Shown one piece after another: positions 1-9,470 of a stretch of DNA of 64,000 nt. Position numbers and translations under genes: made by a program. The DNA is from Oscillospiraceae bacterium (GTDB lineage: Bacteria; Bacillota; Clostridia; Oscillospirales; CAG-272): the NCBI GenBank assembly GCA_015065215.1, contig SVQT01000003.1:28249-92248 (forward strand), written 5' to 3'. The notes under the pieces are model-generated. The model did no database searches, was not told where the DNA came from, and saw only the letters and a list, made by a program, of their open reading frames with translations. Positions within the stretch are counted from its first letter, which is position 1; each line of letters starts with the position of its first letter.

Positions 1-568
1 CAATGATGAGGCGGGCACGGTGATATGCTCCTATCCGGAGGGTGCGAAAAAGCCCACGATCCCGATTACCTACTGCGAGGAGACGATGCACGGCTTTGAA
101 TATGCCTTTGCGGGTCTTTTGATCAGCGAGGGACTGGTGGAGGAGGGACTTATGGCGGTACGCGCTGTCCGCAACCGCTATCAAGGCTATAACCGAAATC
201 CTTGGAATGAGATCGAATGCGGTAGCAACTACGCGCGTAGCATGGCGAGTTTTGCTTTACTGCCGATCTTTTCCGGCTTTCGGTTTGATCTGCCCCGCGG
301 CAGGATCGGCTTTGCGCCTGTGGTGGCAAAAGAGGACTTTGCTTGCCTTTGGAGCGTGGGTACCGCTTGGGGTCAGGTGCGGATCACCAAGGCGCAAACG
401 CGCATTACCGTGTTGGGCGGCGAAATGACGCTTTGCGCATTGGAGCTGCCGTATTTAAAGACAGTGAGCGTATTGCGCGTTGATGGCCGCGAAATTGCCT
501 ATAAGCACAAAGACGGTATCGTTTATTTTGAAAAAATGACAGTTGCCAAAGAGATTGAGCTTTTTTGA
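1..568 (+). CDS. C-terminal part of a GH116-family glycoside hydrolase (beta-glucosidase/non-lysosomal glucosylceramidase-like); 5' end lies outside the window
   Basis: The frame is open from position 2 (NDEAGTVICSYP). Motifs EETMHGFEYAFA and RNPWNEIECGSNYARSMAS are typical of the bacterial GH116 catalytic domain C-terminus. Confidence 0.8.
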   Translation, partial: NDEAGTVICSYPEGAKKPTIPITYCEETMHGFEYAFAGLLISEGLVEEGLMAVRAVRNRYQGYNRNPWNEIECGSNYARSMASFALLPIFSGFRFDLPRGRIGFAPVVAKEDFACLWSVGTAWGQVRITKAQTRITVLGGEMTLCALELPYLKTVSVLRVDGREIAYKHKDGIVYFEKMTVAKEIELF

Positions 569-649
569 AAAAGGTGCTTTGGGCGGAAGTTGTTTCAGCT
601 GGCATTCGCGGCAAAAGTCCATTTTTGCCTGCGGTGCCGCAAAAGAAGC

Positions 650-1153
650 TCAGGAATAGGTGAGCCGTTGGTCCATTGCCTGTAGAAAGGCGACTTGCTC
701 CTCGTTTTCGGTGGCAAGTGCTTCAAACAGCAGCTTACTTTCTTCACTTTGAACGGTCGCTGCCAGTTGGCGCAAAGCGGCCGCGGTGCGTTCTTTTTCC
801 TGTGCGTGATCCCGCAGAAGCCGTCTCGCAAGAATAGGGGCGTGTGAATCGGCATCCTCCTGTAAGCGGTAAGCAGGTATGCGAAGATGGACATAAGGCA
901 GCGGTGAATGGCCAAGATCCCGCTGCCATCTGCCCAATTGCAGAATTTGTTTTTGGTCGCTTTGCATAGCCTGCGATAGCAATCGTGCTACCGCAGGCAA
1001 GTTTTTTTCTAGCAAGATCTGTCCTTGCCCGCCGCTGGCAACGGCGCTTATCTTGCTTGCGATGACGCGGCTGACCGCTTTGGCAATATCCGCTTTTTCG
1101 GATACCGTTTTGGGGGGAATGGGACTTTTTTGACGGTTGCTTGATGCTTTCAT
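650..1153 (-). CDS. Hypothetical helical protein, possibly a degenerate ferritin-like/spore-coat-type protein
   Basis: 167-aa ORF with a GGAGG RBS 7 nt before ATG. The C-terminus is helical (EKERTAAALRQL...LFEALATENEEQVAFL) and resembles ferritin-like bundles. Function is inferred only. Confidence 0.55.
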   Translation of the reverse strand: MKASSNRQKSPIPPKTVSEKADIAKAVSRVIASKISAVASGGQGQILLEKNLPAVARLLSQAMQSDQKQILQLGRWQRDLGHSPLPYVHLRIPAYRLQEDADSHAPILARRLLRDHAQEKERTAAALRQLAATVQSEESKLLFEALATENEEQVAFLQAMDQRLTYS

Positions 1154-1179
1154 TGCTTGCCTCCCCGGTGTTTTTTACC

Positions 1180-1207
1180 AGTTTATGTATTATGTATAAA
1201 AATTGTG
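1180..1207 (-). promoter_or_regulatory. Putative sigma-K-type promoter for the 650-1153 gene
   Basis: Minus strand reads cACa-N16-CATAaacT, matching the sigma-K consensus AC-N16/17-CATAnnnT. Confidence 0.35.
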
Positions 1208-1243
1208 CAAGTCGCCAATTTTTCTGTTTTTTAAAAAGAACGA

Positions 1244-1272
1244 TTGCGTATTTGCAAGAGATCGTGTATAAT
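1244..1272 (+). promoter_or_regulatory. Sigma-A promoter of the ABC fusion gene
   Basis: TTGCGT-N17-TATAAT upstream of an AGGAGG RBS. Confidence 0.6.
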
Positions 1273-1319
1273 ATTTTCAATAAGCTTAGCTTATTGTAGC
1301 AAATTAGGAGGACTACACA

Positions 1320-4300
1320 ATGCTTGAAATACGTAACGTCGCTAAGGTGTATCGTTCCAAAACCGGTGAGGAAGTGCGGGCGCTGGATAATGTCAGCATG
1401 ACCTTTCCGGAATCAGGAATGGTGTTTATCTTAGGTAAATCGGGTAGCGGTAAATCCACATTGCTCAATGTGATGGGCGGTCTGGATAGCTATGACGAAG
1501 GCGAATTTATCATCAAAGGCAAATCCTCGAAGGATTTTGTCGGCTCTGATTTTGATGCCTACCGTAACACCTTTATCGGTTTTATCTTCCAGGAATATAA
1601 CGTCCTTGATGATTTTACCGTGGGTGCCAATATTGGCCTTGCGTTGGAGTTGCAAGGCAAAAAAGCCACCGATGAGGCGATCAATGAAATTTTGGCGCAG
1701 GTGGATCTGCTCAATTACGCCAAGCGTAAGCCCAACGAGCTTTCCGGCGGCCAAAAGCAACGTGTGGCGATTGCCAGAGCCCTGGTCAAAGAGCCGGAGA
1801 TCATCATGGCAGACGAGCCGACCGGCGCTTTGGACTCCAACACCGGTAAGCAGATCTTTGACACGCTCAAGCAGCTTTCTAAAGAGAAGTTGGTGTTGAT
1901 CGTTTCGCACGACCGTGATTTTGCTGAGCGCTATGCGGACCGCATCATCGAGATGGCAGACGGTAAGGTCATCGAGGATGTGACCAAGCATGAGCATCAG
2001 TCGGAGCGTGTGTCCGACGGTGTGCACCGTATTAATGATCACATTTTGCGGATCGAGAAGGGCTATCGGCTGACCCCTACGGATCTGGAAATGATCAACG
2101 AGTATCTGGCCAAAAATGAGCATGACGTCTTGCTTTCCGGCGACGGCCATGTCAATGAGGAGCTACGCTCCGCGGCAGGCATTTCCAAGGACGGCGCCAC
2201 CACCGTATTTGAGGGCACCAACCCTGAAAAGGACATCAAGGCCAAGAAGTACGAGAAGGACGAGACCAAGTTCATCCGCTCCCGTTTGCCGATGAAGAAT
2301 GCCGTAAAGATGGGCGCTTCGGGTCTGAAGCACAAGAAGTTCCGCCTCTTTATGACCGTTCTTTTGTCCTTCCTCGCCTTTGCGATGTTCGGCCTTTCCA
2401 GCAGCCTTGCTGCCTACGAGAAGATCAGCGCCGCCACCGATTCCATCATCGACTCCGAGATCCGCAGTGCGGCACTGACCCTGGGCGTGCGCCGTACCAC
2501 CACCTGGGATGACGGGGATACCCACACCTCGTACGACGGTCACGGCTTGAACGCAGACGACATCGCCTGGCTCAAGGAGCAGACCGGCCTTGCGTTCGTT
2601 CCGGTATTTACGGGCAAATCCTACAATGACAAGTGGAGCAGCGACAACGGCTTTGACGTAACCGAAATGCTTCTTGATTATTCAAGCAACACGGTCTACA
2701 ACGGTAAGCTCGCGGGCTTTGTTGATGTCAATTCGATCACGCTGCCCACCGAGTACGACCTTGTGGGCAGGATCCCCACGAAGGCGGGCGAGATCGCCAT
2801 TACCGAGTTCATGTACCGTCAATTCAAGCAATATGGCTTTAGCGGTGACGACACGGTACAGGCAGGTCAGCTGACCATGAACAATGACGGCTCCGCGAAC
2901 GATATCATCGGCAAGACCTTTACGATCAACAAGATCGGCTACCAACATCTCGGCGAAGGAAACGCTTTCCGGTTTGAGATCGTTGGTGTCATTGATACGA
3001 AATTCAACTACGACCGTTATACAAATCTGATGCCTGTGGATCCGACCACCCAGCAGCATCAGCAGCAGGCGGGTGTGCAGCAGGATGCTTCACTTATCGA
3101 CATCTTCCTGCAAAACGAGATCAAGTACGAGCGCGATTATGGCTTCCATGCCCTCGGCTTCGTCATGCAGGACGATATTGACGACATGACCGCTTATATG
3201 GCCAATAACAACTATGATGGCGGAAACCAAGAGTTTGGCCAACATATGAGCGGCAATGACGGCTATCTGAGATTTTATATTTACCAGCCCGCGGAGGGAA
3301 TTAACGATCCCGAAAAAATCGCCTCTGTCGATCGTGTTGGAAAGAGCGACGCGCTGAGCCGTCTGGATCACGTGCTGTGGCTCGGTGAAACGAAGGATGC
3401 GCTTTCCGAAAACGAGATCCTGCTTCCCGTCAACATGCTGACGCAGCTTTTGCGATCCAGGGAATTTGCCGTGGATTACACCGATTTTGACGCGGCGATG
3501 CTATCCCACCCCAAGATCGATGCTTCCGCCTACAACACCCAAACCACCAATCGTATTTGGTCGGCGCAGCAAGCATACAACGGCACCAATGAGGAATTTT
3601 ACGCCGACCTCGGCGTGCAAAACGCACTGCTTGCGCTTTACGGCATTGCCCGCCCCGCTAATATGAGCGCGGAGGGCGCAAAATATCTGGGTGAGCGGCT
3701 CTCCTATTCCTCTGTTTCTTATGAAGATGTTTTGAATACCATAGGCGCTATGCAGATCGCCAACGTGGTGGTGGAAAACAATTATCACGCGGCGGATGCG
3801 TACAGCCAGAGCTTTGTGAAGCGGTATCTTAGCAACTATTCGATGAGCAATCAGGAATGGGCCGACATGTCCAGTGACAGTGAGCGCCTGGAGCGTCTTG
3901 TCAGCGCGTTCCGTTATTGGGAGGTCCGCAATGAGCCGGATCGTTTTGGCACCACGGGCGTATGGCTTTATGAAGCTTCGCTGACCGCTTATTTCAATCT
4001 GACCGGTCAAAGCATGCAGGACGTAGCGGCCCTTCTCGACGGCTATGTTTATCAGCTGGATGAGATCAAGCACAGCTTGGGTGAGGATGAGAGCGAAAAG
4101 ATTGCTGATTTCGAGAACATGAAGGCCGTTGGCTTCTATATCCTTGAGAAAAATGACTATGGTGACATGGTGATCAGCACCACGGTTTATGACAGATATA
4201 AACAGTGGTACGATGAAAACTCCAAGGAAGCGATGTTGGATAGCAACGTTCCCACCTACACTGAGGATAGAGCAAAGCACACCCCGGGCATCTGGGCGTT

Positions 4301-4857
4301 TGCCGTGGCTCCCATTTCCGCCGACAATCACGATGCCATTCAAAGGCTGGTGGAGCTCTCCTATGCCGAGACCGAGGATAACAAGCCCGATCTGCTCTTT
4401 GAGATGCAAAATGCCGTTATGTATACCCTCGGTAACTTCAACGATATGATCGAGGTGCTGGCGCAGGTGTTTATCTGGGTGGGCCTTGGCCTTGCGGTGT
4501 TCTCGGCCTTCCTGCTGATGAACTTCATCTCTACCTCTATTTCCTACAAGAAGCGCGAGATCGGTATCCTGCGCGCGGTGGGCGCCCGTTCCTCCGACGT
4601 GTTTAAGATCTTCTTTAGCGAGGCCTTTGTGATCGCTCTGATCAACTTTGTGCTGGCGGTGGCAGCATCCCTGACCACGGTTATAATTCTCAACAACTAT
4701 ATGAGAAACTCCGGTATCAATATCACGCTGCTTCGCTTTGGCGCCGGCCAGGTACTGCTGATGCTGGGTATCAGTATTCTGGTGGCTGCTTTCCAGCTTC
4801 CTGCCGGTATATAAGATCGCCAGGAAGAAGCCGGTTGACGCGATCAAGGATCGCTAA
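1320..4857 (+). CDS. MacB/FtsX-type ABC transporter ATP-binding + permease fusion, with an apparent frameshift near 4790
   Basis: Walker A GKSGSGKS, signature LSGGQKQR, Walker B IMADEPT. One TM, a very large extracellular loop, then the FtsX motif [13 protein letters not shown]. The ORF stops at 4814, but the expected C-terminus [21 protein letters not shown] continues in the +1 frame to 4857. Confidence 0.9.
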
Positions 4858-4918
4858 GCAAAAAGCAAGATGTCGTTCGCGTGATGCTCTGGGCGGAGCA
4901 TTCACGTGAACGGCGGTG

Positions 4919-4950
4919 AAAAAAGGACGGGGAAGAACCCGTCCTTTTTT
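4919..4950. terminator. Bidirectional intrinsic terminator
   Basis: AAAAAAGGACGGG-gaagaa-CCCGTCCTTTTTT between convergent genes. Confidence 0.85.
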
Positions 4951-4962
4951 CTTGATACGCTT

Positions 4963-5187
4963 CTATAATTTCTTTATTTTCTCAATACAGCTCGGACAAA
5001 GGCACGGATCGGAGCTGCTATCTATATTCGCATAGCATAGCTTACAGCAACTTGATGAACGGCGGACAATGACCTTGTCTCCATCAAGGCAAACCTCAAG
5101 GGCGGTTTTCTCGTTAAGATCAAGCGCGCGCCGAAACGTTGTTGGTATGACAATTCTGCCAAGCCTATCAATATGAATGCTTTTCGT
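4963..5187 (-). CDS. AbrB/MazE/SpoVT-family DNA-binding protein with C-terminal Cys (Zn-ribbon-like) domain; non-canonical ACG start (not in the ORF track)
   Basis: Manual translation: (T/M)KSIHIDRLGRIVIPTTFRRALDLNEKTALEVCLDGDKVIVRRSSSCCKLCYANIDSSSDPCLCPSCIEKIKKL*. It has the AbrB signature D-x-L-G-R-I-V-I-P and CxxC...CxxC. AGGTGA lies just upstream of ACG, and an in-frame TGA two codons upstream excludes any earlier start. Confidence 0.8.
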   Translation of the reverse strand, partial: TKSIHIDRLGRIVIPTTFRRALDLNEKTALEVCLDGDKVIVRRSSSCCKLCYANIDSSSDPCLCPSCIEKIKKL

Positions 5188-5304
5188 ATATCACCTACAC
5201 ATCAGTAACGCAAACGTTATATCATGTATAGGTCTATTTGCCAACCCGCTTTCTTGAGTATAATGACCTTAATTGGTACATTATATAATGCGGAGGTGGT
5301 ATAT

Positions 5305-5508
5305 ATGAGATTAAGAATACTGGATATTCTCAAAGAAAAGGGGAAGACGAAGTATTGGCTTTATATGCAGCTTGGTCTTAGTTATCAGAATTTTAACAGA
5401 TTGGTGAACGGTGAGACAAGCGCGATAAAATTTGAAAATCTCAAGGCCTTATGTGACATACTGGAGTGTACGCCGAATGACCTGTTTGCGGAATACTGCG
5501 GAAAATAA
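5305..5508 (+). CDS. Xre/Cro-C1 (HTH_26, YozG-like) transcriptional regulator
   Basis: GGAGGT RBS. MRLRILDILKEKGKTKYWL...LCDILECTPNDLF is a typical HTH_26 pattern. Confidence 0.85.
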   Translation: MRLRILDILKEKGKTKYWLYMQLGLSYQNFNRLVNGETSAIKFENLKALCDILECTPNDLFAEYCGK

Positions 5509-5544
5509 CATAGCTTTTGCACTGGCAAAAGCTTTTATGAAAAG

Positions 5545-5573
5545 CAAAAAGAGCAGATTGTCTGCTCTTTTTG
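5545..5573. terminator. Bidirectional intrinsic terminator
   Basis: CAAAAAGAGCAGA-ttg-TCTGCTCTTTTTG. Confidence 0.8.
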
Positions 5574-5580
5574 TTTATCT

Positions 5581-6246
5581 TTACTTGACTGCTTCACGCA
5601 GCGTTTGAATGTTCTCCTCAAAGCTGCCGGTGGAGGCGTAGATGCTGGATGTGCCTGCCACAAAGATGTTGGCGCCGGCCTCACGCATCTTCTTGGCATT
5701 TTCAAAGCTCACGTTGCCGTCGCATTCGATCTCCACGTTGCCGTAGCCGTTCTCGTCCAGATATTTACGCAAGCGGCGGATCTTATCCAGCGTGGTGGGC
5801 ACCAGCTTTTGCCCCGCAAAGCCGGGGTTGACGGTCATCACCAGAATGGCGTCAAGATCGGGGAGCACCTCCTCGATCACAGAGAGGGGCGTGCCGGGAT
5901 TCAGAGCAAGCATCGGCTTGCCCCCGCGGGCGCGGATCATCGAGAGAGCGCGATGCAGATGAATGGAGGCTTCGTAATGGACCGAAACGTAATCACCCTC
6001 ACCGAAGGGGATCCAGTCCAGCTTGTTTTCGGGGCGGGTGACCATCATATGCACGTCCAGCGGGATCTTGGTGGCCGCCTTCAGCTTTTTGATAAAGTCA
6101 ACGCCAAGGGTATAGTTGGGTACGAATTCGCCGTCCATGATGTCGATGTGCAGATATTCGATGCCGTTTTTCTCTAATTTGTTCAGCTCGTCTCCAAGGT
6201 GAAGAAAATCAGCACACATAAGAGAGGGGGAGATCAAGGATTTCAT
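5581..6246 (-). CDS. rpe: Ribulose-phosphate 3-epimerase family protein (AlsE-like N-terminus)
   Basis: Motifs HIDIMDG, DVHMMV, MTVNPGFAGQ, ECDGNV, VAGTS. AAGGAG RBS before ATG 6246. Confidence 0.9.
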   Translation of the reverse strand: MKSLISPSLMCADFLHLGDELNKLEKNGIEYLHIDIMDGEFVPNYTLGVDFIKKLKAATKIPLDVHMMVTRPENKLDWIPFGEGDYVSVHYEASIHLHRALSMIRARGGKPMLALNPGTPLSVIEEVLPDLDAILVMTVNPGFAGQKLVPTTLDKIRRLRKYLDENGYGNVEIECDGNVSFENAKKMREAGANIFVAGTSSIYASTGSFEENIQTLREAVK

Positions 6247-6333
6247 AGCGGATACTCCTTTGTTTTTTGATGCTTCTATTTTATCACAGGTATGGAAAAA
6301 GGTCAAGATTTGGGAAAAATTTTCCAATCTTCT

Positions 6334-6363
6334 GTATAAAAAAGGCTGATTGGGGGAATTCTT
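6334..6363 (+). promoter_or_regulatory. Putative sigma-F promoter of spoIIR
   Basis: GTATA-N15-GGGAATTCTT resembles the sigma-F consensus. spoIIR is sigma-F-dependent in Bacillus and Clostridium. Confidence 0.5.
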
Positions 6364-6392
6364 TTGTCAAACCGAAAAAAGGAGAGCAAAAG

Positions 6393-6998
6393 ATGAGAAA
6401 AGCACTTGGATTTTTGATGGCGGGCATTTTGCTGATTGCCGCCTTTATGATATTGCCCATTCATGGCGAGGCGGAACTTTATGATAAGGTGATTCGGTTG
6501 CATGTGTTGGCCAATTCGGATAGCGAAGAGGATCAGGCATTAAAACTAACCGTGCGGGACGCGGTACTGAAAAAAACCGAAGGACTACTGCAAAACGCCG
6601 CCTCCAGAGAGCAAGCCGAGGAGATTGTGCGCACGGCGCTTCCTCAAATCGAAGAGACCGCCAAGTCGGCATTGGCGGCGGTAGGCGCCCCCAACGACGT
6701 GACCGTTACCTTGAGTTATGAAAAGTATCCCACAAGAGAGTACGAGCAGTTGGCTTTCCCGGCGGGGGAGTATCTTTCCCTGCGTGTGATGATCGGGGAA
6801 GCGGCAGGGAAAAACTGGTGGTGCGTATTGTTTCCGCCGCTTTGTATGACCGCCGCCACCGCAAGGCAGGATACCGAGGCGGTCTGCCTCTCGACGGGGA
6901 TTACAGGCGAGCAATACCGTATGATTGCCGATACCGAAAACACCAAGTACAAGCTCCGCTTCAAGATTTTAGAGGTAGCGGAAGGATTGTTCCAATAA
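6393..6998 (+). CDS. spoIIR: Stage II sporulation protein R
   Basis: Signal peptide, then IRLHVLANSDSEEDQALKLTVRD and GKNWWCVLFPPLC motifs. Confidence 0.95.
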   Translation: MRKALGFLMAGILLIAAFMILPIHGEAELYDKVIRLHVLANSDSEEDQALKLTVRDAVLKKTEGLLQNAASREQAEEIVRTALPQIEETAKSALAAVGAPNDVTVTLSYEKYPTREYEQLAFPAGEYLSLRVMIGEAAGKNWWCVLFPPLCMTAATARQDTEAVCLSTGITGEQYRMIADTENTKYKLRFKILEVAEGLFQ

Positions 6999-7028
6999 AA
7001 AAAGGCACATATGTGCCTTTTTTTATTG
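6993..7028. terminator. Bidirectional terminator (perfect 36-bp palindrome)
   Basis: CAATAAAAAAAGGCACAT|ATGTGCCTTTTTTTATTG between convergent spoIIR and the ABC-F gene. Confidence 0.8.
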
Positions 7029-7031
7029 CGC

Positions 7032-8990
7032 TCATACACCGATGATCTCGTAAATTTCCAGTAACCGTTCTTCCGCGGCGGTTTTGCGGGCATCAAGCTC
7101 GGCGGCTCTGGTGTAGTCGGTTGCGGCAGAACCGAACAGCTCGGCATCCAAAGTTTCAATCTCTTTTTCCAAGTCAGCGGCCTCCTTGGTCAAGCGTTCG
7201 CGGCGTGCCTTCTCTTTTCGCGCTTCTGCCTCGATTGCCTTACGGGCCAGATATTGCGCCTTGTTATCGCTGATGGGTGCCGCGTTTTGCATACCGTTTT
7301 GGGGGATATTACTGTCAAAAGTGGCTTCGCGGCGTTGCTTGAAGTCCAGATATTCACTGTATCCTTTTCCTACATGGGTAATGGGATAGTCCAGGGCGTC
7401 TCCCTCAAAGGCATGTCCCGGTTGCAAGGCGAATATACGGGTTGCCAATTTGTCGATAAAGTAGCGATCGTGAGAAACGGCCAGAACAGTGCCTTCAAAA
7501 GCGGCGAGAGCGGTTTCCAGCGCCTCGCGGGAGTCGATGTCCAGGTGGTTGGTCGGTTCGTCAAGCACCAGTAAATTCATTTTGGAAAGAATGAGCTTGG
7601 CAAGCGTCAGCCTGGCCCGCTCGCCGCCGGAAAGTACGCTAACGGTACGGAAAACATCCTCTCCGATAAAGCGGAAAAGCGCCAGCGTGCTACGGATCTC
7701 GGTCTCGGTCAGGTGGGGATATGCGTTCCAGAGCTCGTCTAATACCGTATTTTCCTCGGTTAAGTTCTGGTTCTCCTGGTCGTAATAGCCAATCTCCACA
7801 TTATAGCCGGATTCTATACGGCCGGCCATGGGAGCGAGCTTACCCAAAATGAGCTTGAGCAGGGTGGACTTGCCGCACCCGTTGGGGCCGACGATGAACA
7901 TACGTTCCTTTTTCAGTAGCAAAAATCCAATGTCCTCAAACAGCTTCTTTTGCCCGAACGCCATGGAAAGGTGCTTGATATGCAACACCTCGTTGCCGCT
8001 GTCGTGCGCCTTGCTGAAGGAAAGTCGGATCGACTTGGGCGCCTCTTTGGGGCGCTCTATTTTTTCCATTTTGGCCAGCAGCTTCAGGCGGGATTCGGCG
8101 GCAATGATATTCCGTTCACGGTTCCAGGCCCGTTGCTGGGCGATATAGGCCTCTTGCCTGGCAATTTCTTTTTGTTGGTTTTGATAGTGCTTCTCGGCGA
8201 TCTCCTTGTCAATGCGTCGCTGCTCGATGGAGGCCGTATAGTTCCCGTTATAGAGCTTGGCTCTGCCGTATTCCAAGGCCAAAGTTTTGTTGGTTACACG
8301 GTCTAAAAAATAACGGTCATGAGAAATGACCAATACGCATTTGCGATATTGAGCCAGGAAGTTTTCTAAAAAGAGCATGGTGTCAATATCCAAATGGTTG
8401 GTTGGCTCGTCCAAAAGCAGGATGTCCGGCTCGCGGGAGAGCTGTCGGGCAAGCGCCAAGCGTGTGCGTTGTCCCCCGGACAGGGTGGACAGGGGGCGGC
8501 GCATGGCCTCTTCCTCAAATCCCATTTTGAGAAGGATGGCGGCGCATCTGCCGCGAAACTCCAAGCCGCCGTCTCTGATAAAGCGATTGTTTTTTTCGTC
8601 ATAAGAGCGGAGCAAGGCAAGGTATGCGGGGCTGTCGTGATCTTGCGCCATTTGCATTTTTTCTTCGATGGCGTGTAGCTCGCGTTCGGCGGCGAGAATT
8701 TCAGGAAAGGCACCGTACATTTGCTCCAAAGCGTTGTCGCCAAGCGTTTCGTCGATCATGAAGGCACTATCCTGGGTCAGAATACCGATGCTTTTATCTT
8801 TGGAAATAAAAATCTGCCCCTCGTCGGCTTCCAGCTCACCGATAATGGCTTTAAAAAGGGTGGATTTTCCGCAACCGTTTACGCCGATCAGGCCCATCTT
8901 GTCATTTTCGGCAAGCGAGAAGGAGATGCGGTCCAATATTTTTCTCGTGCCAAAAGAAAGGCTGAGATCAGCCACGCTGAGTACCGTCAT
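7032..8990 (-). CDS. ABC-F family ATP-binding protein (YdiF/Uup-like)
   Basis: Two NBDs (GVNGCGKS/LSGGQ/LLDEPTNHLD and GPNGCGKS/LSGGE/LDEPTNHLD), no TM segments, C-terminal coiled coil. GGAGGTGA RBS before ATG 8990. Confidence 0.92.
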   Translation of the reverse strand: MTVLSVADLSLSFGTRKILDRISFSLAENDKMGLIGVNGCGKSTLFKAIIGELEADEGQIFISKDKSIGILTQDSAFMIDETLGDNALEQMYGAFPEILAAERELHAIEEKMQMAQDHDSPAYLALLRSYDEKNNRFIRDGGLEFRGRCAAILLKMGFEEEAMRRPLSTLSGGQRTRLALARQLSREPDILLLDEPTNHLDIDTMLFLENFLAQYRKCVLVISHDRYFLDRVTNKTLALEYGRAKLYNGNYTASIEQRRIDKEIAEKHYQNQQKEIARQEAYIAQQRAWNRERNIIAAESRLKLLAKMEKIERPKEAPKSIRLSFSKAHDSGNEVLHIKHLSMAFGQKKLFEDIGFLLLKKERMFIVGPNGCGKSTLLKLILGKLAPMAGRIESGYNVEIGYYDQENQNLTEENTVLDELWNAYPHLTETEIRSTLALFRFIGEDVFRTVSVLSGGERARLTLAKLILSKMNLLVLDEPTNHLDIDSREALETALAAFEGTVLAVSHDRYFIDKLATRIFALQPGHAFEGDALDYPITHVGKGYSEYLDFKQRREATFDSNIPQNGMQNAAPISDNKAQYLARKAIEAEARKEKARRERLTKEAADLEKEIETLDAELFGSAATDYTRAAELDARKTAAEERLLEIYEIIGV

Positions 8991-9094
8991 TCTTCTCACC
9001 TCCGTCATGATTTTGGTGGTTGACGACAAAATCGCCATACTATGATATTATAACGGCAAGAGCCCTGATTTGTCAAGGGAAGGAGGTGAGATAT

Positions 9095-9364
9095 ATGTGT
9101 AAAATGTGCGGTTTTTTGTATTGCCTACCCACTTGCCCTGGGTATAGCGGCGAATGGGAGGGGAGCGGAGCGGTGCTGGCGCATTGCCTGCTTTGCGAAA
9201 AGGCCATTCATGCGGGGGAAATCGCTTTTTCAAAAGATGACACGGTGCTTTGCGCTGACTGCTTGGAGGGGATGGATTTGGATCAGCTTTTGTGTGTTGC
9301 TGAAATTGCAAACAGTGAGGAATTGCTTTGTGAGCATCTGGGTTGGGAGCGGCGGCGACTTTGA
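9095..9364 (+). CDS. Small Cys-rich putative zinc-binding protein
   Basis: AAGGAGGTGA RBS. MCKMCGFLYCLPTCP...CLLC...CADC. Confidence 0.7.
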   Translation: MCKMCGFLYCLPTCPGYSGEWEGSGAVLAHCLLCEKAIHAGEIAFSKDDTVLCADCLEGMDLDQLLCVAEIANSEELLCEHLGWERRRL

Positions 9365-9470
9365 AAAAGAGAAAATTTTTCTGATTGCTTTTTTTGCGAT
9401 AAAACTATAGACAAGCTTGTTAATTGGTGCTATAATAACTCTCGGTTTATTTAATGTAGGGGGGATTGGG

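Noticed and set aside
3501-4847. 448-aa minus-strand ORF
   Set aside because: Antisense shadow of the ABC fusion gene, with no RBS or recognisable motifs. Expected from codon bias.
7032-8990. Antibiotic-resistance ABC-F
   Set aside because: Length and C-terminal coiled coil fit housekeeping YdiF/Uup types. No leader peptide or mobile context.
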